Assembly: GCA_977030845.1 (NCBI GenBank)
Contig: OZ365114.1
Coordinates: 22,320,001-22,384,000, forward strand
DNA from: Fimbriosthenelais zetlandica
Taxonomy: Eukaryota
Direction of reading: 5' to 3'
DNA length: 64,000 bases
The notes under the pieces were generated by a model, which worked only from the letters and a program-made list of their open reading frames with translations, ran no database searches and had not been told where the DNA came from. The position numbers were made by a program, and so were the translations under genes. Positions 13,407 to 24,790 of the stretch are shown here, piece after piece (position 1 is the first letter of the stretch; the number at the start of each line of letters is the position of its first letter).

Positions 13407-15162
13407 ATTAATATCATAGTTATATTAATAGACAGTGTATTGGATGCCAGTGCTGTCATCAGAGGGGGCAAATTAGTTTATTCTGAACTGATATTGTATC
13501 CAGTTTTCCTTTAGCTGCCACTAACAGATCATTGGGATATTTTCCACATTTATCCTGCAAATCATTTACCAATAGTACTAGCATATAAAATGCATAGATG
13601 ATAAATGATATTATATGCAATTGTAATATTCTCACTTCCAACAAAGCATATGTTTATTCAACTTCTGAAAAGCACAGGGATATTCAGTCCACATGACATT
13701 ATTGTTAGGAAGAAACATTATGGTAAATGAACAATACACATTTGTCCCATTTCTTTAAGGTGATCTACCTGGAATTTAGCACCTCTTTCCAACTTATCCC
13801 TACCTGAACAAACAAATAATCATAAAAAAGTCAATAATCGGTCTAAATAATTGGTGCTACGGGCCTCAAGCTGTCAAGTGATTGAAAACATTAAGCAATA
13901 TGATATGATATAGTTATAAAATTTCTGTATACTGGGAATAATACATTTGGTGTTTCATTCAGCAAATTACAGTTGAACACAAAAGAATGAGTACAGAAAT
14001 CACCTATTTCTGTCACCTGAAAAGTTAACCATATCCTCATAGATCGTTCACCATTGAATACACCTTTGACAAATGTTCAATAGAGGTCTTCTCTGCAATA
14101 ATCAATATGATGAGGTAATTAGCCTTTGCATGGGAAGGGCAGACAAAGGTGGTAGACATGATCTACAGTTGAGCTATACACTAGTCCCTGTCAAGGTGTC
14201 AGAGCTAATTGTAGGCCCCTCTAATGTATGTCCACAATAAGCTGGCCAACATGGCGTGTCCACAAAGTGTGTGAACTTGCTCATGTATTTTCATCTTATG
14301 GCTACGATTTTTGCGTTATTCTGTTAAATTTGATTATATTATTCAAATTCAACAAATGAGCTGAGACACCCAGTGCTACTGAAAATGCTGAGAATAAATG
14401 TATTAGCTCTGCAGGTCGAAGGGAAATTATGCCTTACGCGTATTCCCATGGATGTATCATGTATGTTATATGGTGAGTTGAAAACACCAAAACATACATC
14501 TAAGTTTATTGTGTAATTAGTAGTGGAAATGTCAAAATATATATTATTCAAATTATGGCACTATTGTGGGTCAGTTATTTTGAAGTAGTACAGGTAAATT
14601 ACAGTATACTCAATCCCATATACATGTAGCTCTGTATGTACTGGAATAGACATAAAGGTTGGCTTGTTGGTGCCAAGTCCTCCAGGAGGCTGCCAATTAT
14701 TAACAAAGACTCTTCCATTAAATGGAGATTAACGGTCAATAGGTATTGTTACCTCTACTAGCAAGACATACAGAGGTAACGGGCCTCTTCACAGCGAGGT
14801 GTGAGAATGTGCGCCTTACTCCAGCTCTATCTAATAGGCTTGGGATCCAACTGAGAGCCTGGGATTCAATAGCTTAACAAGTAGAAATTCAATAGTCCTC
14901 AATGTGCAATTGACTCGAATAAAGAGATTGTTAATGCTTATGGTATTAGTAGATGGTACTGAACAATGGAATACGGTGTTAAAAGCCATTTATATGCGTC
15001 TGATTGTAGCGCCTGCAGAGGCTTGGCAAATAGCTATTAATATAGCTAAATCAGCCATCAAAGCAATCAATGGAGTGTGTTCAAATGGACCCCTGGCTCA
15101 TGTGGTCTTTCTAATTTTGAGGGAGTTGCCCAATGTAATAAGATATAGATTAAGCTACCCCT

Positions 15163-15377
15163 ACACTGGAGGCGTAGGAGAGCCTAAATTGAAACGCATG
15201 TGTCAGAAAACCCATCGTGCGTACCCTGACAGTGCGTCTCTGGTCGTCGCACAAACGCGTGCGTCTGAATGCATTCCAGCGTGGATGGTGAACACAAATG
15301 GCCAAATAAAAAGCTTCCATAGACATGTGTTTAGCTCAGGCGTCTATCAGGGACAAAAGTACGCACGCCTCCAGTGT
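15163..15377. mobile_element. Decayed MITE/fold-back element with CACTG...CAGTG ends
   Basis: Perfect 13-bp inverted repeats ACACTGGAGGCGT (15163-15175) / ACGCCTCCAGTGT (15365-15377). Inner inverted pairs are CGTGCGTAC/GTACGCACG and CCCTGA/TCAGGG. No clean TSD. Confidence 0.5.
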
Positions 15378-17583
15378 GTCAGTACCGTATTAAAGTTTTA
15401 GTTAAAGAAGTGTGGATGCATGAAAGTATAATAGGCTGTGACGTGAAGTGAATTATAGATGTAGAGTAGATGATTAGTGGCTACAAAATAAACCCTGACC
15501 CAGGATCTGTTCACTCTGTGTATCTGGGACGATCTGTTACGAAATGAACTAAAGTTGACAATTTAGTTCTTTAGTCCCCTTGTTTCATAAAGGCCACTCT
15601 TAACCTATTGTTAATGTGAATGCAGAGTACAATGTATGATACAGTTACTGTAACATGCACTCATCTTACATAGGATCAGGGTGTGGTGGCACATATTTTG
15701 TGATATAAAATACAAAGCATTCTTGTAATGATGAAAGAGTACCTTGACCCCTTGATTCATAATATTATGTGCATCACAATTAAGAATTTCATTGGTGAGA
15801 TGAAATTTGGAGTATATATGTACATGTTTCTAATCATTGTGCTATATCACATTATAGAGTATGGAAACTGTAGCTTCATATATAGACTCGACAAGGTTTC
15901 AAAGGCATGTTAAGGACTGATAAATTGCAGAACTGTTATTGGTAAGGGAAATAGTAATGAATCCAGCAAGACATGTGCCTCTACGGAGAAAAGATGGTAA
16001 CTTGTCTGTTCATGAGTGCGTGTGTGTGTTGTGGGGAGATTGTTGCATCTCTCCTTATCAGCCGTTGATATAGCAGCCACACATTGCCTCTTAGAAGAAC
16101 CAATGCTGGGCGAGATGAGAAAAGTCATACCGGAAGGCACTGTCTCCAATCGCATTATGGGTAAACATGGCGGACACAATGATGACTTGTGGGAAGGCAT
16201 CAGTGGACAGTGTCTGAGTGAAGGCTGCCATTGACAGCTGGGTAAATAGAAATTAACAGGCGCGGAGTGATCCAAACATAGCAGCCAGGCCGAGACACGA
16301 GCGACTCGAGCTCAGCGTGAGCACCTTACACACTGTAGCTCGAGTATACTTGATGTAAATAATGAGTTATGAATGTAACCACAGGGGTAGAAATAAGCTT
16401 GATCAGCTTGCTTCAGTTCTTCCATTGCTTCTATTCTTCTTTCACCCTGTTTTCTGCAACGTGGTGTCTTAGTTATAATGTCTTAGTTAATTTAACGTTT
16501 CTTCTCGGTCTAGCTTATATGTATTAAGGGTAATTCCTATGCTTCTCTTTAGAGTCTGTCATCATTATATATCTACAGGCCATAGCTTTAGCATCATATT
16601 ATCTTCTATTTGACTTTTCAAGAGGAAGTGAACTTTTTTTATTGGTCAGTAGTCTATACATAAATGTCCCTTTCTCGATACTTCCCGTGTGTCGATGGTC
16701 TGAGGTGCTCCGAGTCCAACAAGGTCCTTGACACCGGTCACTGCTCTCTACAATGAAAGGCAGTGCTCACTTCCGGTCAAAATCTGGCACCCATTCCCCT
16801 ATTATCGCACACTTGTAATAAGTGCCAAGTGATCTCTCGTCATGGTCTATTTATTTTGTCCACTTCCAAAAGGCTTTTTATTCTCCACAATGACGTCACC
16901 TAGGGCGACAAGGAGTCTAATAGAGATGACAGAAAAAGGGGCATTGATAGAGCAGAGAACATGATAAATGCTGACGGGGGGATTGATCCGTGTATGAATT
17001 TCCATGTGACCAGCACTCCACCTTATCCCAACCCCGGCCACCCAGCCCTACTTCATCACACAACGATCAATGGTCGATTCATATCTTGATTTGTCCTTAA
17101 TTGTGAGATCTAAAGCGCAGCTTTTGGTGTGAGCAACAAATGCATGAATGATGACTTGAAGTATGGAACCATTAATAGAGCGCCATTGACTGTTGCTTGG
17201 CACAATGGCGCCACGCTTTAAAAGCGGCGGCTTCATCAATCAGCGCTGTGGACCCACCAGTAATATGACGTACTGGCCGTCAGGATCTGACTTCTACCGC
17301 TGCCTCGAGCTGCTGGCAACAAACCTTGCCACCAAAAGGGGGGCACATGGATTGTGCGTTGGATTCCAGGAATCTGAGATGGCTTAGGTTGCAATTGCTT
17401 CTCTATTGGCAGAGAGATTTGGCTGAAACTATTATGGAAGTTGTTGAAAATGCCTGGGTTATTGAATGCCTGTCGCCTTATTATTATCCCAATCATTTGA
17501 GGACCTCCCATTCCCAGACCTTAGAAATATTTGTCACTACATCATGTCATTCTTGCCTATGTCTTATGAAATCCCATGCATAG

Positions 17584-17651
17584 CCCCCCCACCCCCCCCC
17601 CCCCCCCCCCCCACCCCTCACTCATGGCTACACCCCCCCCCCCCCCCACCC
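17584..17651. repeat. Two poly-C tracts (G4-capable on the minus strand)
   Basis: C-runs interrupted by single A at 17584-17617 and 17633-17651. Confidence 0.9.
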
Positions 17652-17719
17652 GCCACCATTCGGTACTAAAAGTACTAAAGCTTTACCACACGCCATACTG
17701 GGCACCCTGGTGGACGCCA

Positions 17720-18140
17720 CTGCAGCCAATACGTCAACTTCCGCTTCCTTTCGAATGCTGATCGAAGCGATCGATTTGTAACGGAAGCAGTTAGCGCTCA
17801 TGCATAGCATGCAGAAGGCGAGAAATTTATGAGGCTGGATAATTAATGGAGAGAGATGTGGTAAATAGAAATTAATGGTGGTAATTACCAGTGACCGAGA
17901 TTTATGGGAATATTCATTGTAGGCCCTATTGGTTGATTGCGCCACGTCATGGGTCATGCCCCTGTCATGTTTTGTTGGTTTGTGACATTGACTGGCTGCG
18001 CGCTGCGGTCGGATTTGACCCCAAGGCTGCAAAAATGCCTGTTTTAGTTTTATTGGATTTGTATGAATGTTGAAATTGGAATGACGATGGACTGAAAACG
18101 CGGAGAGCCGGGGGCGAGGAACGGGGTCAGCGGAGAAAAG
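17720..18140. promoter_or_regulatory. CpG-rich promoter-like patch
   Basis: CCAAT near 17726, ACTTCCG (ETS) near 17737, ATTGG at 17927, GCCACGTCA (CREB3/XBP1-type) near 17940 and GC-rich boxes at 18100-18135. No linked CDS. Confidence 0.35.
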
Positions 18141-21100
18141 AGAATTCATTGATTTGGTGATTGGAAATAAAGAGGTTGGAGAAAGAATGAAAAAGGTTCT
18201 CCTGTGTGAAAAATAATGAAGGAAAAATAAGGACGTGTGTAAGAACTATAACATCAGTGGAAATGTGGAATTTTGAGTGCTGAACATAATCTACTCGTAC
18301 AAGGAGCGTGAGGGGCTGACACTACTCGGCAATTTGAGTGATACAAAAGCACACTAGACGGCGCCCTTGTGCCGTGTGAAAGAGCTGATAGGTTACATTC
18401 TACACTTGATCTACAAATCAGTACTTCATACAAGTCAATCTAAATGAGGACCTAATATACTAATTATGAAATGCTCGGTCATAACAGTATCTTCTTCTTG
18501 TGCGCCTGTTCTTGCTTTTGATTTATTTTGATGCTGTCTCTTTTTGGTACCGTGGATTTTCTTACATAATAATCATCATTAATCTTGTATAATTGTGTTG
18601 TTGCTTCTTGCTCCTCTGCATTAGAGGGTGGTTGAGTGCCTTTTACTCTTGCTCGTACCCAAGTTTCCTCAGGCGCCTAAGGTCCGTCTATCCACATTCC
18701 CTTTCTCTTTCTCTTCCTCTTTCTCTTGCAGACGGCCCGACATTGTTACTGCGTTCCCTGAGCCTCCTTCCCTTCACAAAACCTCCTTTTCGTTGGCTTT
18801 CAGCTCGTTCCAATGAGTTACTTCTCCAGAGAAAATTCGATCAGCAGTGCCATTTAAACAGTATTGAGAGGCAAATTACTCGACAAATGATTGTGTGTTC
18901 ATCGTCTCCGATTGAATTGTGCCTAACGAGGGTGGCAAAATGGATGTCACATTATCAAATAGAAGCTAGGCTGCGCTTCCATTGGCGCGGAAAATAGCAC
19001 AGCATCGCCCCATAATAACCATATTAATGAGCGTTTCAATCATTCCCCGGCAGGGGGAGTGGGCTGGGGGCAGTTGCTTATGGCCAGTTCCGCCAGGGGC
19101 GTATATGTCGGGACTATGAGGTGAATACGTCCAATGGTTGGAGCAATAAGCATATAATTTAGTATTTTGAGTTGGCTCAGAGGAAGTCAGGCCACGTTGT
19201 GGACGATAATCGGGGTGTTTGTCGCGGTAAATGAGTCGCCTTAGAAGGTAATGGACGATGAATCGAATCAGGAATGGGATAGTGCGGTCTTCCCCCAAAG
19301 CCAATCTGCTGTCCAGGGAGGGCCGAGCAGCGCGGACAAAATGTGTCTTGTGGCTTTTACATGGAGAGGGGAAGTGTTTACCACCAAAGACTGGAGAAAG
19401 GCTATAGGCTCAGGCCTCCCAGCAACACCTAATCACGTTTGTACTTCTATCACTATGTCAGTCGAAGGCCATCCAAAGGCCAATGAGCCTGGCGAGTCAT
19501 CTCGGAGAAGCATACAATGATGTATGGTTTGTCCTTAATGGACTCAGGTTGTACTTAGACTCCAGGTGTCTGTTTCCATCTGTAAATTATCGTGACATAC
19601 GAAATACTTACCTAAATGGTCGAGGTATATATAATATTATACACATATAAATTTAATTTAGATTTGGAAATTTTCCCTTGCTTTTCTCTGATATCTTTGA
19701 TTCCGACATAAATTAGACAAAATGTACTCAGGAATTCTTCCTGTTTCCTTATATGGTCGAGACTGGGGACATAAGCATTTTCTTCTGCATTGCAGTAAGT
19801 GAAAGTCATTGTGTTAAATCATGCACTAATGGTACATCTGTGACTGGTATCGCAGCCTAAAGTGGCTCTCCATTCACACCAGACATGACTGTGTGCTCAA
19901 AGCAGTTCATCTGTTTATTAACGAGCCAACACTGTTGATTTTGCAATATTCTGACACAACAGGTCTCCTCCTAAGACAACACACATGTAATGGAGCGAAC
20001 CTCAATCGCCAATGCCTGTCAGAATGCCTACCTCCAGCAAGACATTTCCAGGCATTCATAGGCGAAAGGCTCCACCTACAGTGGGAGAGAGAAAATATTT
20101 TGAGAAGGAGTTTTGATGGGTGATGGAGAAAGCTGTGAAGATGTAATATTTCATCTGTGAGTTATTGCTGGGGGTTGGGGGTGGCCATGGCCGAGGCAAC
20201 ACTAGCTTCAATCACTCTATTTTCCAACACAACATGCAGTGCATTGTGACTGGGCGCAGCACAGCCATTAGAGCCATTTCCAGATACAAATGGCCTGGTG
20301 AAATATGTGCTTTGGCTGGGATCGATGGGTAAACAGGGTAGAAGGGAGAAACATCAGTGCAAGCCATGTGTTGAATAAAGAGTCGCTTGTCCTTCTTGTA
20401 TCCATACGCCCAAGCCCCAATATCCTCTCTCTCCATGTACTACTTTGTGTGGCACATTGTCCGGCCAGAATGACTTCCTCCGCACTACTTTTAGACTTAA
20501 CCACTGGGAAAAGTGGCCTGAAAGCTGTGGGCATGTAGTTACACTGTCACTGACTCCGAAAATATTTGTACTCAATTGAAAGCTGCGTCATGGGCGCCCG
20601 CGCTGTCCTCTGCTTCACTCAACTTCCGGTGCCGGAACACAAACCGCTGTCACACTCCTTTTGTAGGCTCATGGTGTCGCCTGTGTTCCATCAGTTCTAG
20701 TATTTAGTATATAGACATATATCTGTGACCACTGCTCCGAGAAGGATGGAAGAGTTTAAGAAACTCTTCAAAAGTGGGGCATGAACAGAAAGCACCAATT
20801 ACCTTTGGCTGGATGCACAGCGGATGATTACCCATACATTAGGCCCATGGCATAAGATCTGTGAGGGCTCGTACATGATTTATGAGAACCCTTGCAGAAG
20901 AAAAATGACTTGTGTAACACCATTATGACAGCTTGTACAAGATAAGAGCTTGACAAGGGCTAATTTGGCGAGATTTCAATGGGTGAGCACTCTCACCAGT
21001 TGCAAGACTGCAAGGATAGATTTCCGAACAAAATTATTAGGTCTCTGTCATACAAGCTTTGCTTAATTGCTACTTGGTACTTTACATTTGGATTTTATGA

Positions 21101-23558
21101 TCTAAAATATGTCTTTTTCTATGCAAGGAATTACTTCGCTATATGTGAACAACAAAGAAATGGAGATGTCTCAGAAGCTACCTGCATGAGCACAAGCAAT
21201 AAATCATTGAACCATACAAGATATTAAAGCACTTTACAATCTATTAAATCTCCTCCCTTCAGCTTCTTTTGTTGTTCATTTCATCGCAGAGATGAGTAAG
21301 GATATTCAGGCCTTTGATCAATCTGCCTTTGATTCTGCCCTCTGATTCATATTGCAATTTTGCAGAGTGAAATTAACTTATGATATACATGCCATTTAAC
21401 CATAATGGGTGTGTCCCACTAGAGCTTTGACTCCTTACTCTTCCAATGAATTTTGCTTGGATTCAGATTACATCCCATCACGATAGAATAAAATCACTCA
21501 ATCCCGACTCTTCTTACCCCGACAAAGAATACATTAGCGCTACATAGTCCGAAAGCTTACTTCCATTTTGCTCTTTTTCTCTCCCGCTCTTTTCCAAATG
21601 CTGTGCCCAGAGACGCACATTGCCATGCAGATCATTTGATAGTAATACTGATGTGGGCCTTGCTACTGCCTTTCATGACCTCAGTAGTGCCATGGCCAAG
21701 TCGTTTGTGGACCTATGAACCGACAAGCCAAAACTTGCATGATATAAGCGAATACAGATCTGATTACCTCAGAAGAGGCTCTATAAGGAGATAGACCTTT
21801 CTGCTTTGTCAATACAGAATATTACATAGAGCGGAGTCAAATATATCCCTAATGAGCTGCACACTGCCCAGAGAATTGAAACTGGAAGAAAGGTCGGGTT
21901 CAAAGGCTAACTGAGATGCATGGGCATATTTCATATGACACTACAGGCAGACCTCTTCTATTGCCCTCCCTATTTTATTGACCCCGAATTGACCTGAATG
22001 CAGCCCCCATATGCAGAGGCAATCAGTAATGCTATTGGAGGAGATGGGCATAGAGCAAAGAGGTCTTAATACTAGACTACAATAAGCCGGGGTATCTCAT
22101 CTCAATTATAACCTTCCTTTTTTCTATCTTTTTATATCAGCCAAATGTTAGTTTTCTGATCTGATGCGTTGATCTTCTGAAAAGTCAGAGGGACTTTCCT
22201 CGTGTACACATAACTGTATATATATACACACCTGTTGATGGTTAAGTTTCTTTAGTGATAGGAAAGTTACTTTTTGGGAAGAAAAAACATCAGAAATGTT
22301 TCGTGATTCCAGCTCGTCTGGTGACGTTGCTGGTACACCATTTTGACAGGGGGATGATCTTCTTTATGTCTTACCAAATCAGGCTTCCAACAGCAGCGCT
22401 CTTCTGCCCACAATGATGACTATTGTCACCTTGACAACCATTGTCCCCCTGCATGCTCCGCCCTTCAGCGTTCTGACAGCTTCGCTAACTCCCTTTTCTG
22501 TGTTAATTCACAGTAACCAGTGCGGAATAGTGCATCGATTCATTCACCAAATGCGGGAAAATGAAATTCTCGATGTCGCAAAAAGGGATGCAGTGAGTTT
22601 ATTATCGGCGTCAAAGGGTGTCGCAAATGACACACAGAGCCGCTTTTCTGTGGCGCCCCTCGGATGGACGTCCGCTATTCTCTGGCTGTTAATTGGAAAG
22701 CTGGTGCATGGAGGAAGGGTTCCTTCCCAGGCGACATATTGCATTGTACGACTGTCACATGACGTGAGTGTTGTCAGTGCAGGTCATTGTGGTGGGTGAG
22801 ACCGGCTCAGGACGGATCAAGTCCTGGCATTCCCTGTACCATCACCCCAACGACAAGGCCCTATAGCCTGCTCTTACACTCTGACAACCACTCACTCTCC
22901 TCAACAAACATGCACTCTATTCTCTTATACCCACCTCCAAATTCACAGCAAGCAGCCACCCCCACCCCCCAATCCACCCCCTTCTCTACCTCCCATTGTA
23001 ATATTAAAAAAACACACTGTGTGGAAGTTGAGAGGGAGAACTGCACCATTCCATGGGGAAGATTAACTGGAATGTTTAAGTTTTTGTATCAAGTGTCCCC
23101 TTTGTGTAGAGTGTGGCTGTTAATGAAGAATACTTTTTTGCATGTATTCAATACTTCCATTAAGTGCAGATTCAGACATCCATAAATGGATCTCCAATGG
23201 ATTGTTTAAACAATTCTAGACAAAACGATTGCCCCAAACTCTACGTTTAATGGCAAATAATCGATCAGGACGTTAACTAGATATGGATGTACTGAAATAT
23301 CTGCATACATGTATGTAAGGTTATGGCTATGATATCATTCTCTGTAACAAGCTCCCTCTATATTGACCGTCCTCCTGTTTCTCCTAATTTGATTTATGCA
23401 CCCGAAGAACCTTTGTGGTTGTTTTGTCCATCTATGTGTCTCTACACATCTATGTTTTGTCACGACGCAAGCATAATTCATGAAGACGAACCTTGGTCAT
23501 AAATTGAATAAATGACATACATTCCCAACTAAGTGACATTGGAATTTTACTGATGACT

Positions 23559-23584
23559 TGACGTCATTTCCGGTTCTGACGTCA
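23559..23584. promoter_or_regulatory. Overlapping ETS-CRE composite plus a second CRE
   Basis: TGACGTCA-TTTCCGG-TTC-TGACGTCA; the minus strand reads CCGGAAATGACGTCA. Confidence 0.45.
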
Positions 23585-24449
23585 TAAAATCCATGATGGC
23601 CTCCCTGGTGAGCGATAATAGGGGAGTTGTTACATTGTGAGTAGAGAGGCAGAAAGGTTTAGAAATCAAGGACGCTGTTTTAATCAACCACTAATTAAAA
23701 CCCTCGGCTAGTCTCCACACTTCTGCACAAGCACACCGAGTGGGGATGACGCTTTTAGTTCACTGTTCCGCTTCCATTTCAGATGGCGATACTTCAACTA
23801 ATTGATAGACTTTGGAGGCAGCATGGTCCTTTGAAAAGATGGAATAGAATGAAATGAATATGATCGCTATGTTGCTTTAAGAACCTCAAATAAAACATTG
23901 AAAGTATTGTGGTACGCGGGAGACGGATCCTTTTCAGGGGATGGAATGGCCGCGGCTGTTGATTGAAGTAGCACTATGAGATGCCGTAAATAAGGATGGA
24001 CTAGAGCTTTGTGATAAAAGTGGCCTTTAATGTCAACAATAGGCCATGATTACACTGAAGTCCTCAATGCAAGGGGACTCTTCAGTATCACAATGGCCAA
24101 AGAATTGGCATCATAGTACTTTGAACATCCCCCTCACATTCTTCTCTCAGATTGTTGTCGCGACAAAGGCGCTCTGTGTCGCTTCCAACAGTAAATGTAA
24201 CATGTACAATTTGAGTGAAATGATACCCTCTCGCCAGCATAATGAAGCTGCATTCAATCAGAAGATGCACCTGTTAGAGCGTTTCATTAGCGTTTTCATA
24301 GTCGCGAGGTATTTGAATGGGGCACTTAGACACGACAAAGCCGGACTTACATAATAGTAGCAAATAGACTGTTCTTTTTCAATGTGTGGGTTTCAATACC
24401 CCCTGCAGCCTTCTTCTGTGCTGAGGGTTCCTCGGCTCGACATTGGATC

Positions 24450-24790
24450 AAGTCCATATTCGGATGTCATTATACCCCACCCTCTCTAGATGTCACACTT
24501 CTATCCTTATACTCAACAGCATTAAGGTCGATTGTACCCAATATTTCAGTCACTTTCTTTACCAGGCCTCGATGTGAAAGCCAACAATCAAGATCTTGAT
24601 AACATATTTTGTCTACAATTTCTAAAAGTACATGACCAGTTTCTGTTAACAATTGCCGAAGGTCAAGTACTGGACACAGCATGTCTGTTCATCGAGCATA
24701 CAGCTGATGATGTCTGTAATGCTCGGTTCTATATAATGATTTATAAAGAAGAACATTTTCCAGATACCTTTGGCATCTATATTATTTCTT
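24450..24790 (-). mobile_element. Highly decayed non-LTR retrotransposon (L2/CR1-like) reverse-transcriptase fragment
   Basis: With frameshifts, the minus strand gives in order: a PQG-like segment, F..YIEP..DIIS, HQLYA(+1 nt)DE, then C..DL..WLSH..L..K.TEI.G. This matches the order of RT motifs around YADD. Judged by eye. Confidence 0.45.

Noticed and set aside
14904-15401. 165-aa plus-strand ORF
   Set aside because: GTG start, no recognisable domain, and it runs through an inverted-repeat element.
17180-17211. 9-bp inverted repeat GCGCCATTG / CAATGGCGC
   Set aside because: Several 9-bp inverted repeats with short spacers are expected by chance in 64 kb; only mildly suggestive of paired Sox/YY1 sites.
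17628-18149. 173-aa minus-strand ORF
   Set aside because: No domain; it ends in a poly-C tract and overlaps a promoter-like patch.
19190-19304. Minus-strand peptide RRLIYRDKHPDYRPQR resembling the HMG-box tail (possible third Sox pseudogene)
   Set aside because: I translated the upstream region and found no trace of KRPMNAF, SEISK or the conserved Trp; spacing is wrong and DNA similarity to the two HMG boxes is not evident.
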